Of a DNA stretch of 40,575 bases, positions 1-8,075 are shown piece after piece; position 1 is the stretch's first letter; each line of letters starts with the position of its first letter. The notes below the pieces were generated by a model that was not told the origin of the DNA, ran no database searches, and saw nothing but the letters and a program-made list of their open reading frames with translations. The stretch spans positions 1 through 40,575 of the forward strand of contig JAWOEN010000052.1 of NCBI GenBank assembly GCA_046482725.1, read 5' to 3'. The DNA comes from Candidatus Cloacimonadales bacterium. GTDB lineage: Bacteria > Cloacimonadota > Cloacimonadia > Cloacimonadales > TCS61. The position numbers and the translations under genes are program-made.

Positions 1-1080
1 TGGTAGAATAATAATTGCTTCAACCAAATCATTTTCAATTATTTTTTTTCTAATTTTGTATTCTTCACCACCACCTGAAAGAGCTCCATTTGCTAATAAA
101 AATCCGGCAACCCCATTGGCTGAAAGTTTGGAAACCATATTTAGAATCCAGCCATAATTTGCATTACTTTTGGGTGGAACTTCATAGCCGGCCCAACGCG
201 GATCATCAATGAGTTCATTGGCAGCTCTCCAATCTTTTTGGTTGAAAGGTGGATTTGCCATAATGTAATCAGCTTTCAGATCTTTGTGTTGATCGTTGGA
301 AAAAGTATTAGCTGCTACCTCTCCCAAATTGGCGGAAATCCCTCGAATTGCCAGATTCATTTTTGCCAGCTTGTAGGTAGTCTTGGTATATTCTTGTCCA
401 TAAATTGAAATCTCTTTTTTATTGCCGTGATGATTTTCGATAAATTTTATGGATTGGACAAACATTCCGCCGGAGCCGCAAGCAGGGTCATAAATTGTTC
501 CTTTGTATGGCTCCAGCATTTCAGCAATTAATTTTACAATAGATTTGGGAGTATAAAATTCTCCTTTTCCTTTGCCCTCAGCCAAGGCAAATTTCTTCAG
601 GAAATATTCGTAAACTCGACCCACAATATCTTGTTCTTTGTCTTGCAAAGTATCTATATCATTGATCACATCCAAAAGTGCAGAGAGTTTGCTTTGTTCA
701 AGCCCGAGTCTGGAAAAATAGTTATCGGGTAAAGCTCCTTTCAGAGCTTCATTTTTCTTTTCGATTGTATGCAGTGCAGTGTCGATTTTTAGTGAAATAT
801 CATCTTGTTTAGCATTTTTAATAATGTATGACCAACGAGAAATCTCGGGTAGATAAAATACATTTTTCATATTGTAGAATTCTTTCATTTCAAGGTATTT
901 TTCTTTGCCTTCGCCGATCAGTTCTTTTCTTCTGTACTCAAATTTATCACTTGCAAATTTAAGGAAGATCAAAGCTAAGACTACGTGTTTATATTCAGCC
1001 GGTTCTACCGAACCTCTTAGCTTATTGGCAGAATCCCAAAGTGTCTCTTCCATCGATTTTTGTTTTTTTTGCTTTGCCAT
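1..1080 (-). CDS. hsdM: Type I restriction-modification DNA methyltransferase subunit M (N6-adenine), N-terminal ~360 codons; the gene runs off the left edge of the window
   Basis: Absent from the ORF track because it is open at the window edge. My reverse-complement translation from the ATG at 1080..1078 gives MAKQKKQKSMEETLWDSANKLRGSVEPAEYKHVVLALIFLKFASDKFE, which fits the HsdM N-terminal domain pattern. DPACGSGG (SAM-binding motif, 489..466) and DYIMANPPFN (catalytic NPPF motif, 270..241) lie in the same frame. I saw no stop down to base 1. Confidence 0.85.
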   Translation of the reverse strand, partial: MAKQKKQKSMEETLWDSANKLRGSVEPAEYKHVVLALIFLKFASDKFEYRRKELIGEGKEKYLEMKEFYNMKNVFYLPEISRWSYIIKNAKQDDISLKIDTALHTIEKKNEALKGALPDNYFSRLGLEQSKLSALLDVINDIDTLQDKEQDIVGRVYEYFLKKFALAEGKGKGEFYTPKSIVKLIAEMLEPYKGTIYDPACGSGGMFVQSIKFIENHHGNKKEISIYGQEYTKTTYKLAKMNLAIRGISANLGEVAANTFSNDQHKDLKADYIMANPPFNQKDWRAANELIDDPRWAGYEVPPKSNANYGWILNMVSKLSANGVAGFLLANGALSGGGEEYKIRKKIIENDLVEAIIILP

Positions 1081-1326
1081 TTATTTACACAACTCCCAGT
1101 AATTTATTTTATGCAACGAATCAACTTTATTACTAAATTTGGTCAAGAAGATATCCTTGGTTCTTCCCAATCTTATGTCCATCGACTTTTCAGCCCTGTT
1201 TTTTTGTCTGAACAATTGCATTTCCAGATTTACATTGAAATAATACTGCCAACCCATATCCAAATGATTAATTTTAATCCCTACATTCATCCCTTCTACT
1301 TCAATAAAAAAACAAATTTTAGACCA
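1081..1326 (-). pseudogene. In-frame 3' continuation of the 1327..2124 gene: the remainder of a T9SS C-terminal sorting domain, cut off by a TGA codon
   Basis: Same frame as 1327..2124 (246 nt apart, divisible by 3). Translation after the TGA is WSKICFFIEVEGMNVGIKINHLDMG...KDIFLTKFSNKVDSLHKINYWELCK. It aligns without gaps to PTTTIKFSV...LTIYNLKGQ...GVYFYQLS...KMILMK of the intact C-terminal domains in this window. It ends at TAA 1083..1081, directly abutting the hsdM ATG. Confidence 0.6.
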
Positions 1327-2124
1327 TCAATTAAAAGGGTTTGGATAACAATTTCCCAGCTGAGTTTCTATTGGAATTAAATCATCACTGGCGACCTTTT
1401 GATTTTCTCTGAAATTGATTTGTTTCCTTTCTTCTGAGTTCCAAGTAAAATTGAGCTTGTTTTCTTTATTTTGGGCAACAAAACTTCCGATGCAATGAAA
1501 GCCATCTCTTTCGATTAACACATAAGTTGTATCAGAAAAATTGACGACATTATACGTTTCACCATATTCTGAGGTTAGAGCAATTTCACCCAAACTATAT
1601 AAATTCATAAATGGTTTCTTATCATGAAAACTAGCTTTTCCATTATAAAGAGTTGTATGCGAATTATAGATCGAAAGTAAATACATTTGCTTTTTATCAA
1701 AATAAACTACATCTCCATCATCGTCATATGTTTCCATAATGTAATAATATAGCCCATCTTCCATGATTTCTTCGTTGAAATTTCTTCCATTCCACCTTAC
1801 AGTATATGTTCCAGTAGATAAAACTGTATCATTCAATGTTTTAACAAAGGAGTTTTCAATATCTCTAATTTCAATTAATGTCTTAACACTATTTTCTAAA
1901 GAAAAATTAATATTTACACTTGGTCTGCCCTTCCTAAACGGTATGTTATCAAGCATCGTTTTATTTGCAAAATTTACTTCTACATCATCAAGAAGATTGC
2001 CCTCTTGATCTTTTACAGTCAAGTTAACTGAAAACCTATTACCGGAATCGCTATCAAAAATGCAACTGATTAATAAAGTCCCGATTAGTACAAAAAATAA
2101 AAAAATCTTCAATTTACGCTCCAT
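1327..2124 (-). CDS. Secreted lipoprotein of unknown function whose T9SS C-terminal domain is cut 4 residues into the NPFN motif (probable pseudogene or truncated allele)
   Basis: 265-aa ORF. The N-terminus MERKLKIFLFFVLIGTLLISC looks like a lipoprotein signal peptide. The C-terminus ends ...ETQLGNCYPNPFN followed by TGA at 1329..1327. The three large cargo genes in this window continue NPFNPxTTI at that point. Confidence 0.6.
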   Translation of the reverse strand: MERKLKIFLFFVLIGTLLISCIFDSDSGNRFSVNLTVKDQEGNLLDDVEVNFANKTMLDNIPFRKGRPSVNINFSLENSVKTLIEIRDIENSFVKTLNDTVLSTGTYTVRWNGRNFNEEIMEDGLYYYIMETYDDDGDVVYFDKKQMYLLSIYNSHTTLYNGKASFHDKKPFMNLYSLGEIALTSEYGETYNVVNFSDTTYVLIERDGFHCIGSFVAQNKENKLNFTWNSEERKQINFRENQKVASDDLIPIETQLGNCYPNPFN

Positions 2125-2400
2125 CTACTTTCTCCTTTATTTCCGCTAGTTTTGGGTGGAGAGTCATAACCATGTCTTCTCCTACTTCTTATTTCTCCGA
2201 CTTCTCAAAAACTAATGATAAACTTTATTTTACATTGCATATTGTCAAATATTTCATTTTTTTTATCCAATTGTGGTCTGTTGCGAAATCTATGATATTT
2301 AGCTGGAAGGCCGAGGATCGTGAGTCACTAAAAAAATTTCATTGACCAATAATCCGGCTGTTTTAGATAAAAATAGAAAATTAGAAGGAAGGTAGAAAAA

Positions 2401-3114
2401 ATGAAAGCAATAATATTAGCAGCCGGAATGGGCAGCAGGTTGGCGACAGTCTCGGAAGGCATTCCCAAGAGCATGATCAGGATTTGCGAAAAATCGATCA
2501 TTCATCATCAGATCGAGAGTTGCCAGCAGGTGGGCATCGAGAATTTTGTGATAGTTTTGGGCTACAAATATGATTTGATGCGCCAGCATATTTTGGAAGT
2601 TTTATCCGAGCAGCAGGTTACATTTGTCGAAAATCCGATTTTTGCTAGTACCAACACTTTATACTCTTTGTGGTTGGCCCGAGAATATTTTGATGATGAC
2701 TTTATCTATTTCAATGCGGATGTACTGTTTAAGAGTCATCTTTTGGAAAAGATAGCAGCGCCCTCGCAATATTCGCAATTGCTGCTCGAAACCAAATCTT
2801 GTCAGGAAGAAGAGGTGAAGATGGTGATCGATGAGCAAAATAGGATTTTGGAGATCTCAAAGCAATTGGAGATCGAGCGCTGTGCCGGAGAATTTATCGG
2901 CATCGGAAAATTTAATCATGATATTTTACCGCAATTTGCCAAGTATCTGCAATATGGAGTGGATAACGGGCAATCCAACAATTATTTTGAATACGCTGTG
3001 GGCTTGTTGGCGCAAGATGTGTTTTTGCAGGCAGTTCCCACAGATGATATCAAATGTATCGAGATAGATTTTCCCGAAGATCTGCAGCGGGCTATCGAGA
3101 TGTTCGAAAAGTGA
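2401..3114 (+). CDS. Nucleotidyltransferase (sugar-phosphate / phosphocholine cytidylyltransferase LicC-like, NTP_transferase fold)
   Basis: 237 aa. The N-terminal MKAIILAAGMGSRL...PK motif is the classic nucleotide-binding signature of this fold. The size matches LicC-like enzymes. The substrate cannot be assigned from sequence alone. Confidence 0.7.
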   Translation: MKAIILAAGMGSRLATVSEGIPKSMIRICEKSIIHHQIESCQQVGIENFVIVLGYKYDLMRQHILEVLSEQQVTFVENPIFASTNTLYSLWLAREYFDDDFIYFNADVLFKSHLLEKIAAPSQYSQLLLETKSCQEEEVKMVIDEQNRILEISKQLEIERCAGEFIGIGKFNHDILPQFAKYLQYGVDNGQSNNYFEYAVGLLAQDVFLQAVPTDDIKCIEIDFPEDLQRAIEMFEK

Positions 3115-3124
3115 TTTTTCTTTG

Positions 3125-4774
3125 ATGCGAAAATTATTGTTGGTCGGTATCAATTGCCGCTACACGCACAGTAATCTGGCGCTGCGCTATCTGCGCAATC
3201 ATTGGCAAAACCAGCAGGATCAGGTTGATTTGCTAGAGTTCAGTATCAATCAATCTGAGCGCGAGATTTTGCAAGCTATCTATCAGCAGCAACCTGATCT
3301 GCTGGCATTTTCGGTCTATATCTGGAACGCCGAGCTCATACAGCATCTCTTACCGGATCTGAAAAAGATCTTGCCCGCTGTAAAAATAATTTTGGGCGGG
3401 CCGGAGGTGAGCTTCGATTTCCAGCGCTGGCTGCGAGATTTTCCCGAGATTGATCAGATTATTTGCGGTAATGGCGAGGCTGCCAATCCGCTGAAGAGTA
3501 GCGAGCTTCAGCAATTGATCAAAGCTGATAATCTGCCATTTTCTTCAGTCGCATTTCCCTACTCTTCGCAAGATTTTCCACAGCTAGAGCATAAATATAT
3601 CTATTACGAAAGTAGTCGGGGCTGTCCTTTTCGGTGCAGCTATTGCCTTAGTTCACGGCGGGATCAGGTCTTGGATTTTCGAGATCTGAAGCAAGTATTA
3701 GCGGAGCTGCAATGGTTGGCAAAATTTCAGCCGCGGATCATCAAATTTGTCGATCGCACCTTCAATGCCCGCCCTTCGCATCATCGCCCTATTTGGCAAT
3801 TTCTGATCGCTGAGGCAGGAGTAACCAAATACCATTTCGAGCTGCATCCGGAATTTCTGACCGAGGAGGATTTTGAGATTTTGGCTACTGCTCCCCAAGA
3901 TCTATTTCAATTCGAGATCGGTATCCAATCAACCAATCCGCGCACTATTGCCGCGATCGATCGGCAGGATAATTGGCAAAAATCGCGAGCCAATATCAGC
4001 AGATTGCAGCAGATGGGAAAATTTCATCTGCACACAGATCTGATCGTGGGCTTACCTCATGAGGATTTAGCCAGTTTGGCCCGGAGCTTTGATGAAATTA
4101 TCAGTTTGGCAGCGCAGCATTTTCAGATGGGATTTTTGAAAGTGTTGCCCGGCACCAAAATGGCCGAGCAGGTAGAAGAGTATGAGATAATGCATACAGC
4201 CGCGCCGCCTTATGAAATCCTCAGCAATCGCTGGCTAGATTTTCAGCAGATCAATCAGCTTAAGGTTGTAGAGCAACTCTTGGATAAATTTTATGGCTCG
4301 CAAAAATTTCAGTTCACGATTGGTTATTGTCAGCAATTGTGGCAATCGCCTTTCCGCTTTTATTGGCAATTTGCCGAGTGGATTTTGCAGCAAGAGCAAG
4401 ATCTCAGGATCAAGGATTGGAGTAAGAATTGTGGCAGTTTGTTGGAATTTTTATTAGAAAATCATCCTAGTAAAAGAGAACTGTTTATCGATCTTCTGCG
4501 TTATGATTGGTGTAATAATTTTAGAGGTAAATTTCCTGCAATAATTGACAGCGCTGCCAACCGAGCTCGGCAAAAGCGAGCTCAGGAATATTTGAAAAGC
4601 TACAATCAAAGCGGAATCATCAAAATTGGCGAGCAAGAATTTTCGATGAAAGAGCTAAAGAATGCCAACTATTTCCAGGCAGAGAGCAAGGAATTTTGCA
4701 CTTTGCTAAATCAGAAGCCAGAAGAGATAGTTATGTTTTTGCAACAGAAACCATTCTTTATCTGGCAAGAGTAA
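3125..4774 (+). CDS. B12-binding-domain radical SAM protein with a DUF4080-type C-terminal extension
   Basis: The ORF track starts at TTG 3122; ATG at 3125 is the more likely start. It has an N-terminal LLVGINCRYTHSNLALRYL Rossmann-like B12-binding pattern. The CPFRCSYC motif is the CxxxCxxC radical-SAM cluster motif. A long C-terminal region follows, as in DUF4080 proteins (from memory). Confidence 0.7.
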   Translation: MRKLLLVGINCRYTHSNLALRYLRNHWQNQQDQVDLLEFSINQSEREILQAIYQQQPDLLAFSVYIWNAELIQHLLPDLKKILPAVKIILGGPEVSFDFQRWLRDFPEIDQIICGNGEAANPLKSSELQQLIKADNLPFSSVAFPYSSQDFPQLEHKYIYYESSRGCPFRCSYCLSSRRDQVLDFRDLKQVLAELQWLAKFQPRIIKFVDRTFNARPSHHRPIWQFLIAEAGVTKYHFELHPEFLTEEDFEILATAPQDLFQFEIGIQSTNPRTIAAIDRQDNWQKSRANISRLQQMGKFHLHTDLIVGLPHEDLASLARSFDEIISLAAQHFQMGFLKVLPGTKMAEQVEEYEIMHTAAPPYEILSNRWLDFQQINQLKVVEQLLDKFYGSQKFQFTIGYCQQLWQSPFRFYWQFAEWILQQEQDLRIKDWSKNCGSLLEFLLENHPSKRELFIDLLRYDWCNNFRGKFPAIIDSAANRARQKRAQEYLKSYNQSGIIKIGEQEFSMKELKNANYFQAESKEFCTLLNQKPEEIVMFLQQKPFFIWQE

Positions 4775-4794
4775 AGCCTGCACAAATTTTTTTA

Positions 4795-5511
4795 CTAATC
4801 TGACAAAAAATATCTGACTGTGGAGACGACTCGTACCTTTTTGATATGTTGAGCGGAAGCATCACGATCGTTGATAGAAAATTGACCTTGGGTAGCATTT
4901 TTGATTTTACCCAATTTACTGTTGGAATCTTTGGCAAATTTTTCCGCAGCTTGGCGAGCGTTTTTGGTCGCCTCTTCGATCATATCGGGTTTGATCGAGT
5001 TTAATTCTGTGAAGAGATATTGAGTCCGATATTGATAATCTTGCCCGGAAAGTGCGATGCCTTGCTTGCCCAATTCCACGATCTGACGTGAACTTGCTTG
5101 CACCAAATTTACCTGCTGAGAATAAACGGTGATCACACCGGTCGCTGTAAAACGATATTTGGCATTGCCTCCATCTCCATGAGATTGGGCTTGTTTATCG
5201 AAAATCGAGGGTTGCGATATGGTGATCTCATCTTCAGCAAAGCCATTGTCCTGCAAAAATTCCACGATGAGATTTGTCTTCTTTGCCAAGCTGGCATAAA
5301 GCTGGCTCAGATCGTTGCCTGCTTCATCAAATTTGATAGGCCAAATCGCTACATTGGCTTCCACTTCGCGCTCAGCCAATCCTTTCACGGTGACAATTCT
5401 ATCCATACTCTTCACTTTCAACGCTGCCTTAGAAATCAGAGCTGCGAATATTACCAACCCCAAAAAAATGAAAACTCCCAAAATGGCAGCTGCTCTGTTT
5501 TTTTCTAGCAT
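4795..5511 (-). CDS. SIMPL (DUF541, YggE-like) domain protein, N-terminally membrane anchored
   Basis: 238 aa with an N-terminal hydrophobic anchor, then RIVTVKGLAEREVEANVAIWPIKF and a C-terminal ...VRVVSTVRYFL pattern typical of SIMPL family proteins. An AGGAGG ribosome-binding site lies upstream of the ATG at 5511. Confidence 0.6.
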   Translation of the reverse strand: MLEKNRAAAILGVFIFLGLVIFAALISKAALKVKSMDRIVTVKGLAEREVEANVAIWPIKFDEAGNDLSQLYASLAKKTNLIVEFLQDNGFAEDEITISQPSIFDKQAQSHGDGGNAKYRFTATGVITVYSQQVNLVQASSRQIVELGKQGIALSGQDYQYRTQYLFTELNSIKPDMIEEATKNARQAAEKFAKDSNSKLGKIKNATQGQFSINDRDASAQHIKKVRVVSTVRYFLSD

Positions 5512-5529
5512 AATAACCTCCTGCTTTGC

Positions 5530-6009
5530 TTAGCTTTCCATCTGCGCTGACTGCTGGCGATACTTTTTCTGCAATCCCATAAAAAAATTACGCAAAACCT
5601 GATCCTGACAAATCCGATATTGGCGAGATCCTTTCTTGCGAAAGAAAGCGCTGAGCTCCGATTTTCCCAATTTGAAATTGGCCAAATCCAACACTTGCAA
5701 AACATCTTCTGCTTTCATATCAAGCGCAATCTTCAGCTTCTTAAAGATCAGATTGTTGGTAATCCGATCTTCCGGCTGAGGTTGTTCACCTTCGCGCTTG
5801 CCTCGGTTTTTGTTGATCAAGCCGTTGAGAAATGTTGCCAACATCCGATCACTGAGCTCTTGAAATTCCGGATCATCCTCTCGCTTCAGCCAATCGCTTA
5901 CTTCTGCTCTCTCCACTTTCTGCTCTGCTGCTGCAAAGATCTCTATCATCTGCTCATCGCTATAATCAAAGATATAGCGTACGCGTCTTAGTACATCATT
6001 ATTTTGCAT
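5530..6009 (-). CDS. DUF1456 family protein (YehS-like)
   Basis: 159 aa. The N-terminus MQNNDVLRRVRYIFDYSD closely resembles the duplicated DUF1456 repeat of E. coli YehS (from memory). A GAGGAG ribosome-binding site lies upstream. Confidence 0.6.
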   Translation of the reverse strand: MQNNDVLRRVRYIFDYSDEQMIEIFAAAEQKVERAEVSDWLKREDDPEFQELSDRMLATFLNGLINKNRGKREGEQPQPEDRITNNLIFKKLKIALDMKAEDVLQVLDLANFKLGKSELSAFFRKKGSRQYRICQDQVLRNFFMGLQKKYRQQSAQMES

Positions 6010-6061
6010 CTTTCTCCTCGTTTGTTGTCATTATCATCACATATAAAAATATCTGGCTTCT

Positions 6062-6098
6062 ATAAAAATGTACCCAACCGAAGTTTCGATCAGGTACA
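6062..6098 (-). terminator. Rho-independent terminator candidate ending the poly-gamma-glutamate operon
   Basis: On the minus strand, a TGTACC...GGTACA stem (plus-strand 6069-6074 / 6093-6098) is followed by TTTTTAT. It lies 25 nt after the stop of the 6123..7145 gene. Confidence 0.5.
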
Positions 6099-6122
6099 GA
6101 GTATTTCTAAAATTTTGGGCTA

Positions 6123-7145
6123 TTAAAGCTCAAATTCTAAGCCTAAACCAACCTGGTAAGCATCATAAGTTTTCTCATCTGCCACTTGTTGATAGATCGA
6201 ATCGGTAATCCGTTTCTGATATTTTCCCAAAAGCTTGATCTGCATATTTTCCAAAAGTGGATAACGCAGATAGCTGCTGAGCGAATAGCGCTCTGCTTCC
6301 CGCTGATAGTGGTAGGTATCGTCAGGATAGTCACTTTGGAAATAGCGCTTTTCATATAGCAAAAACGCGTAGAATCTCAGATCTTTTTCGGCAAGTTGAA
6401 GCAATGATGGAACGATCAAAGTAAAACGAAATTTATTGGAATCGTAGCTATTATCTTTGATCACACCACTATAATCCAAGCCTTCAAAAGCTTCTTCAGC
6501 TTGGGCAACAGAATATTTGTAACCGTAACCAAATCTGGTTTCAAAGTTCTGCCAACGCCAGATTAGACGCACTGCATTTTCCAGATCATCAGCATCATAT
6601 TCGACAAAATATTCGTTGTAATAGCGTTGAGTAAAATCCAGCTCGTAACGCAAGCTGATCTGTTTATTCAGGTTATGATTCAGCACAGCACCAAAATTGT
6701 TTTTGGAATATGTATATTGATGGCGCTGCTCGTCCCAGACACTGGTATAATTGTGCACATAAATCTCGGGATGATAGCTATAAGCGAGGCGCAGATCCCA
6801 ATAGCGATTGAAAAACTGTCTGCTTGAAAAACTCAAACTCACCTGATTGAAAACATCATTTTCGGTATAAAGATCATAATCTAGTGAAAGATTTGTGATA
6901 TTGGTATGACCCAAGATTTTTCTTCTAGCTTGCAGATTGATAGCGATACTATTGACAAAGTCATCAGCGGTCTTCACATCATAATAGCTACCGATCTCTC
7001 CATCCAGATAGCGTTGATACTGATCGTCGGATAAGCTGAGTAAATTACTGCTATAGACGCCTTCTACCGAGATCGATGGCTGCAGGTTCCAAGCTGCTAA
7101 TAATAGATAGCAACTACTGAAAATAAGCGTGATTATTTTTTTCAT
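6123..7145 (-). CDS. Predicted outer-membrane beta-barrel protein, last gene of the pgs operon
   Basis: 340 aa with signal peptide MKKIITLIFSSCYLLLAAW. The body is Tyr/aromatic-rich with alternating hydrophobic strand-like segments (e.g. LRLAYSY, ISLRYELDF, TRFGYGYKY, YQVGLGLEFEL). Its start overlaps the upstream gene stop as ATGA (7142-7145). I recognise no named family. Confidence 0.5.
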   Translation of the reverse strand: MKKIITLIFSSCYLLLAAWNLQPSISVEGVYSSNLLSLSDDQYQRYLDGEIGSYYDVKTADDFVNSIAINLQARRKILGHTNITNLSLDYDLYTENDVFNQVSLSFSSRQFFNRYWDLRLAYSYHPEIYVHNYTSVWDEQRHQYTYSKNNFGAVLNHNLNKQISLRYELDFTQRYYNEYFVEYDADDLENAVRLIWRWQNFETRFGYGYKYSVAQAEEAFEGLDYSGVIKDNSYDSNKFRFTLIVPSLLQLAEKDLRFYAFLLYEKRYFQSDYPDDTYHYQREAERYSLSSYLRYPLLENMQIKLLGKYQKRITDSIYQQVADEKTYDAYQVGLGLEFEL

Positions 7146-8056
7146 TCTTCCTCTATATCAATGGATGATTTACTGATAAAAAACCGAAAAATCACATCTA
7201 AATTGCTGTCACGATTTTCTACCGATAGATTATGAACACCTCTGGGTAATTTCAAAATATTGGAATCACCGGTCGAGAGCATTTTTTCTTCTTCATTGCG
7301 TAAATATGAGCTTGGGGATTTATGGGCAATCTCTTGATAATCTCCCAGTAAATTACCATTGCTATAGACTCGGTAGCCATACTGTTTGGAATTTACATAA
7401 TTGCGGGAAAAAACAAAGCGGCTCATGATTTTCAGCACTATAGGCCCTTCCAAAGTCAATTTGATAGAGCCATCTTTATCTTCGTAGTAGGTGTAGGTTT
7501 TTTTGCGTAACACCATCGTACGTTCATTGCCATATTCTTGAGGCGAATATTTGATGTAATCAATTACCCGATGCTCTGAAATAACGTTATTGGCAGAGAT
7601 CTTCACCAAGATATTGTAGCTGGAAGTATTGCTAACGCTGACGATAGTATTATCCGAGGGGATCTTTTTGACGAAAGTATTGTAAGCAGATATTTCGTCT
7701 CCATTCAAGCCACGCGTAATCCTGCTGGCTTTAGCAGATCTCTCTACTTTGTATTGGCGTCCATCGATATCTACCAAATAGTTATAATCAATATCTTTAT
7801 TGCCATTCATAATCAGGCGAGTGTAAATCTGCAAGCTATCTACCTCAAAAGTTTTCACCTGAATACTGGCTCCCGGTTGCAGTTGATAATAATTTATAAT
7901 CTTATTACTGCGTCGATTGAGTAGAGGAAAAACTTCCTTATCTGTTTGCAGCTCGATGTGCGAAGCAGATATAGAGCTGGATATAGCCAGAATCAGCAAC
8001 AGAAACAAAACTATTTTAGTAGGCCGAGTTGCCAGATCAAGCAGTTGATTCTTCAT
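7142..8056 (-). CDS. Secreted or periplasmic protein of unknown function in the pgs operon
   Basis: The track ORF extends to 8113 and would overlap the upstream gene by 38 nt. ATG at 8056 (MKNQLLDLATRPTKIVLFLLLILAISSSISA|S) gives a clean signal peptide and has AGGA about 9 nt upstream. ATG 8065 is an alternative start. I recognise no family. Confidence 0.5.
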   Translation of the reverse strand: MKNQLLDLATRPTKIVLFLLLILAISSSISASHIELQTDKEVFPLLNRRSNKIINYYQLQPGASIQVKTFEVDSLQIYTRLIMNGNKDIDYNYLVDIDGRQYKVERSAKASRITRGLNGDEISAYNTFVKKIPSDNTIVSVSNTSSYNILVKISANNVISEHRVIDYIKYSPQEYGNERTMVLRKKTYTYYEDKDGSIKLTLEGPIVLKIMSRFVFSRNYVNSKQYGYRVYSNGNLLGDYQEIAHKSPSSYLRNEEEKMLSTGDSNILKLPRGVHNLSVENRDSNLDVIFRFFISKSSIDIEEE

Positions 8057-8075
8057 AAAAACCATCCTAATTTGT

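Noticed and set aside
1081-1326. Initial idea that insertion of the R-M locus truncated the T9SS gene
   Set aside because: The C-terminal domain continues in frame to its natural ...K-stop end immediately before hsdM. The interruption is therefore a point nonsense codon and not an insertion breakpoint.
905-1380. Track ORFs 905..1102 (+, 65 aa) and 1060..1380 (+, 106 aa)
   Set aside because: They are antisense to hsdM and to the C-terminal-domain remnant. They are AT-rich and low in complexity, with no ribosome-binding site.
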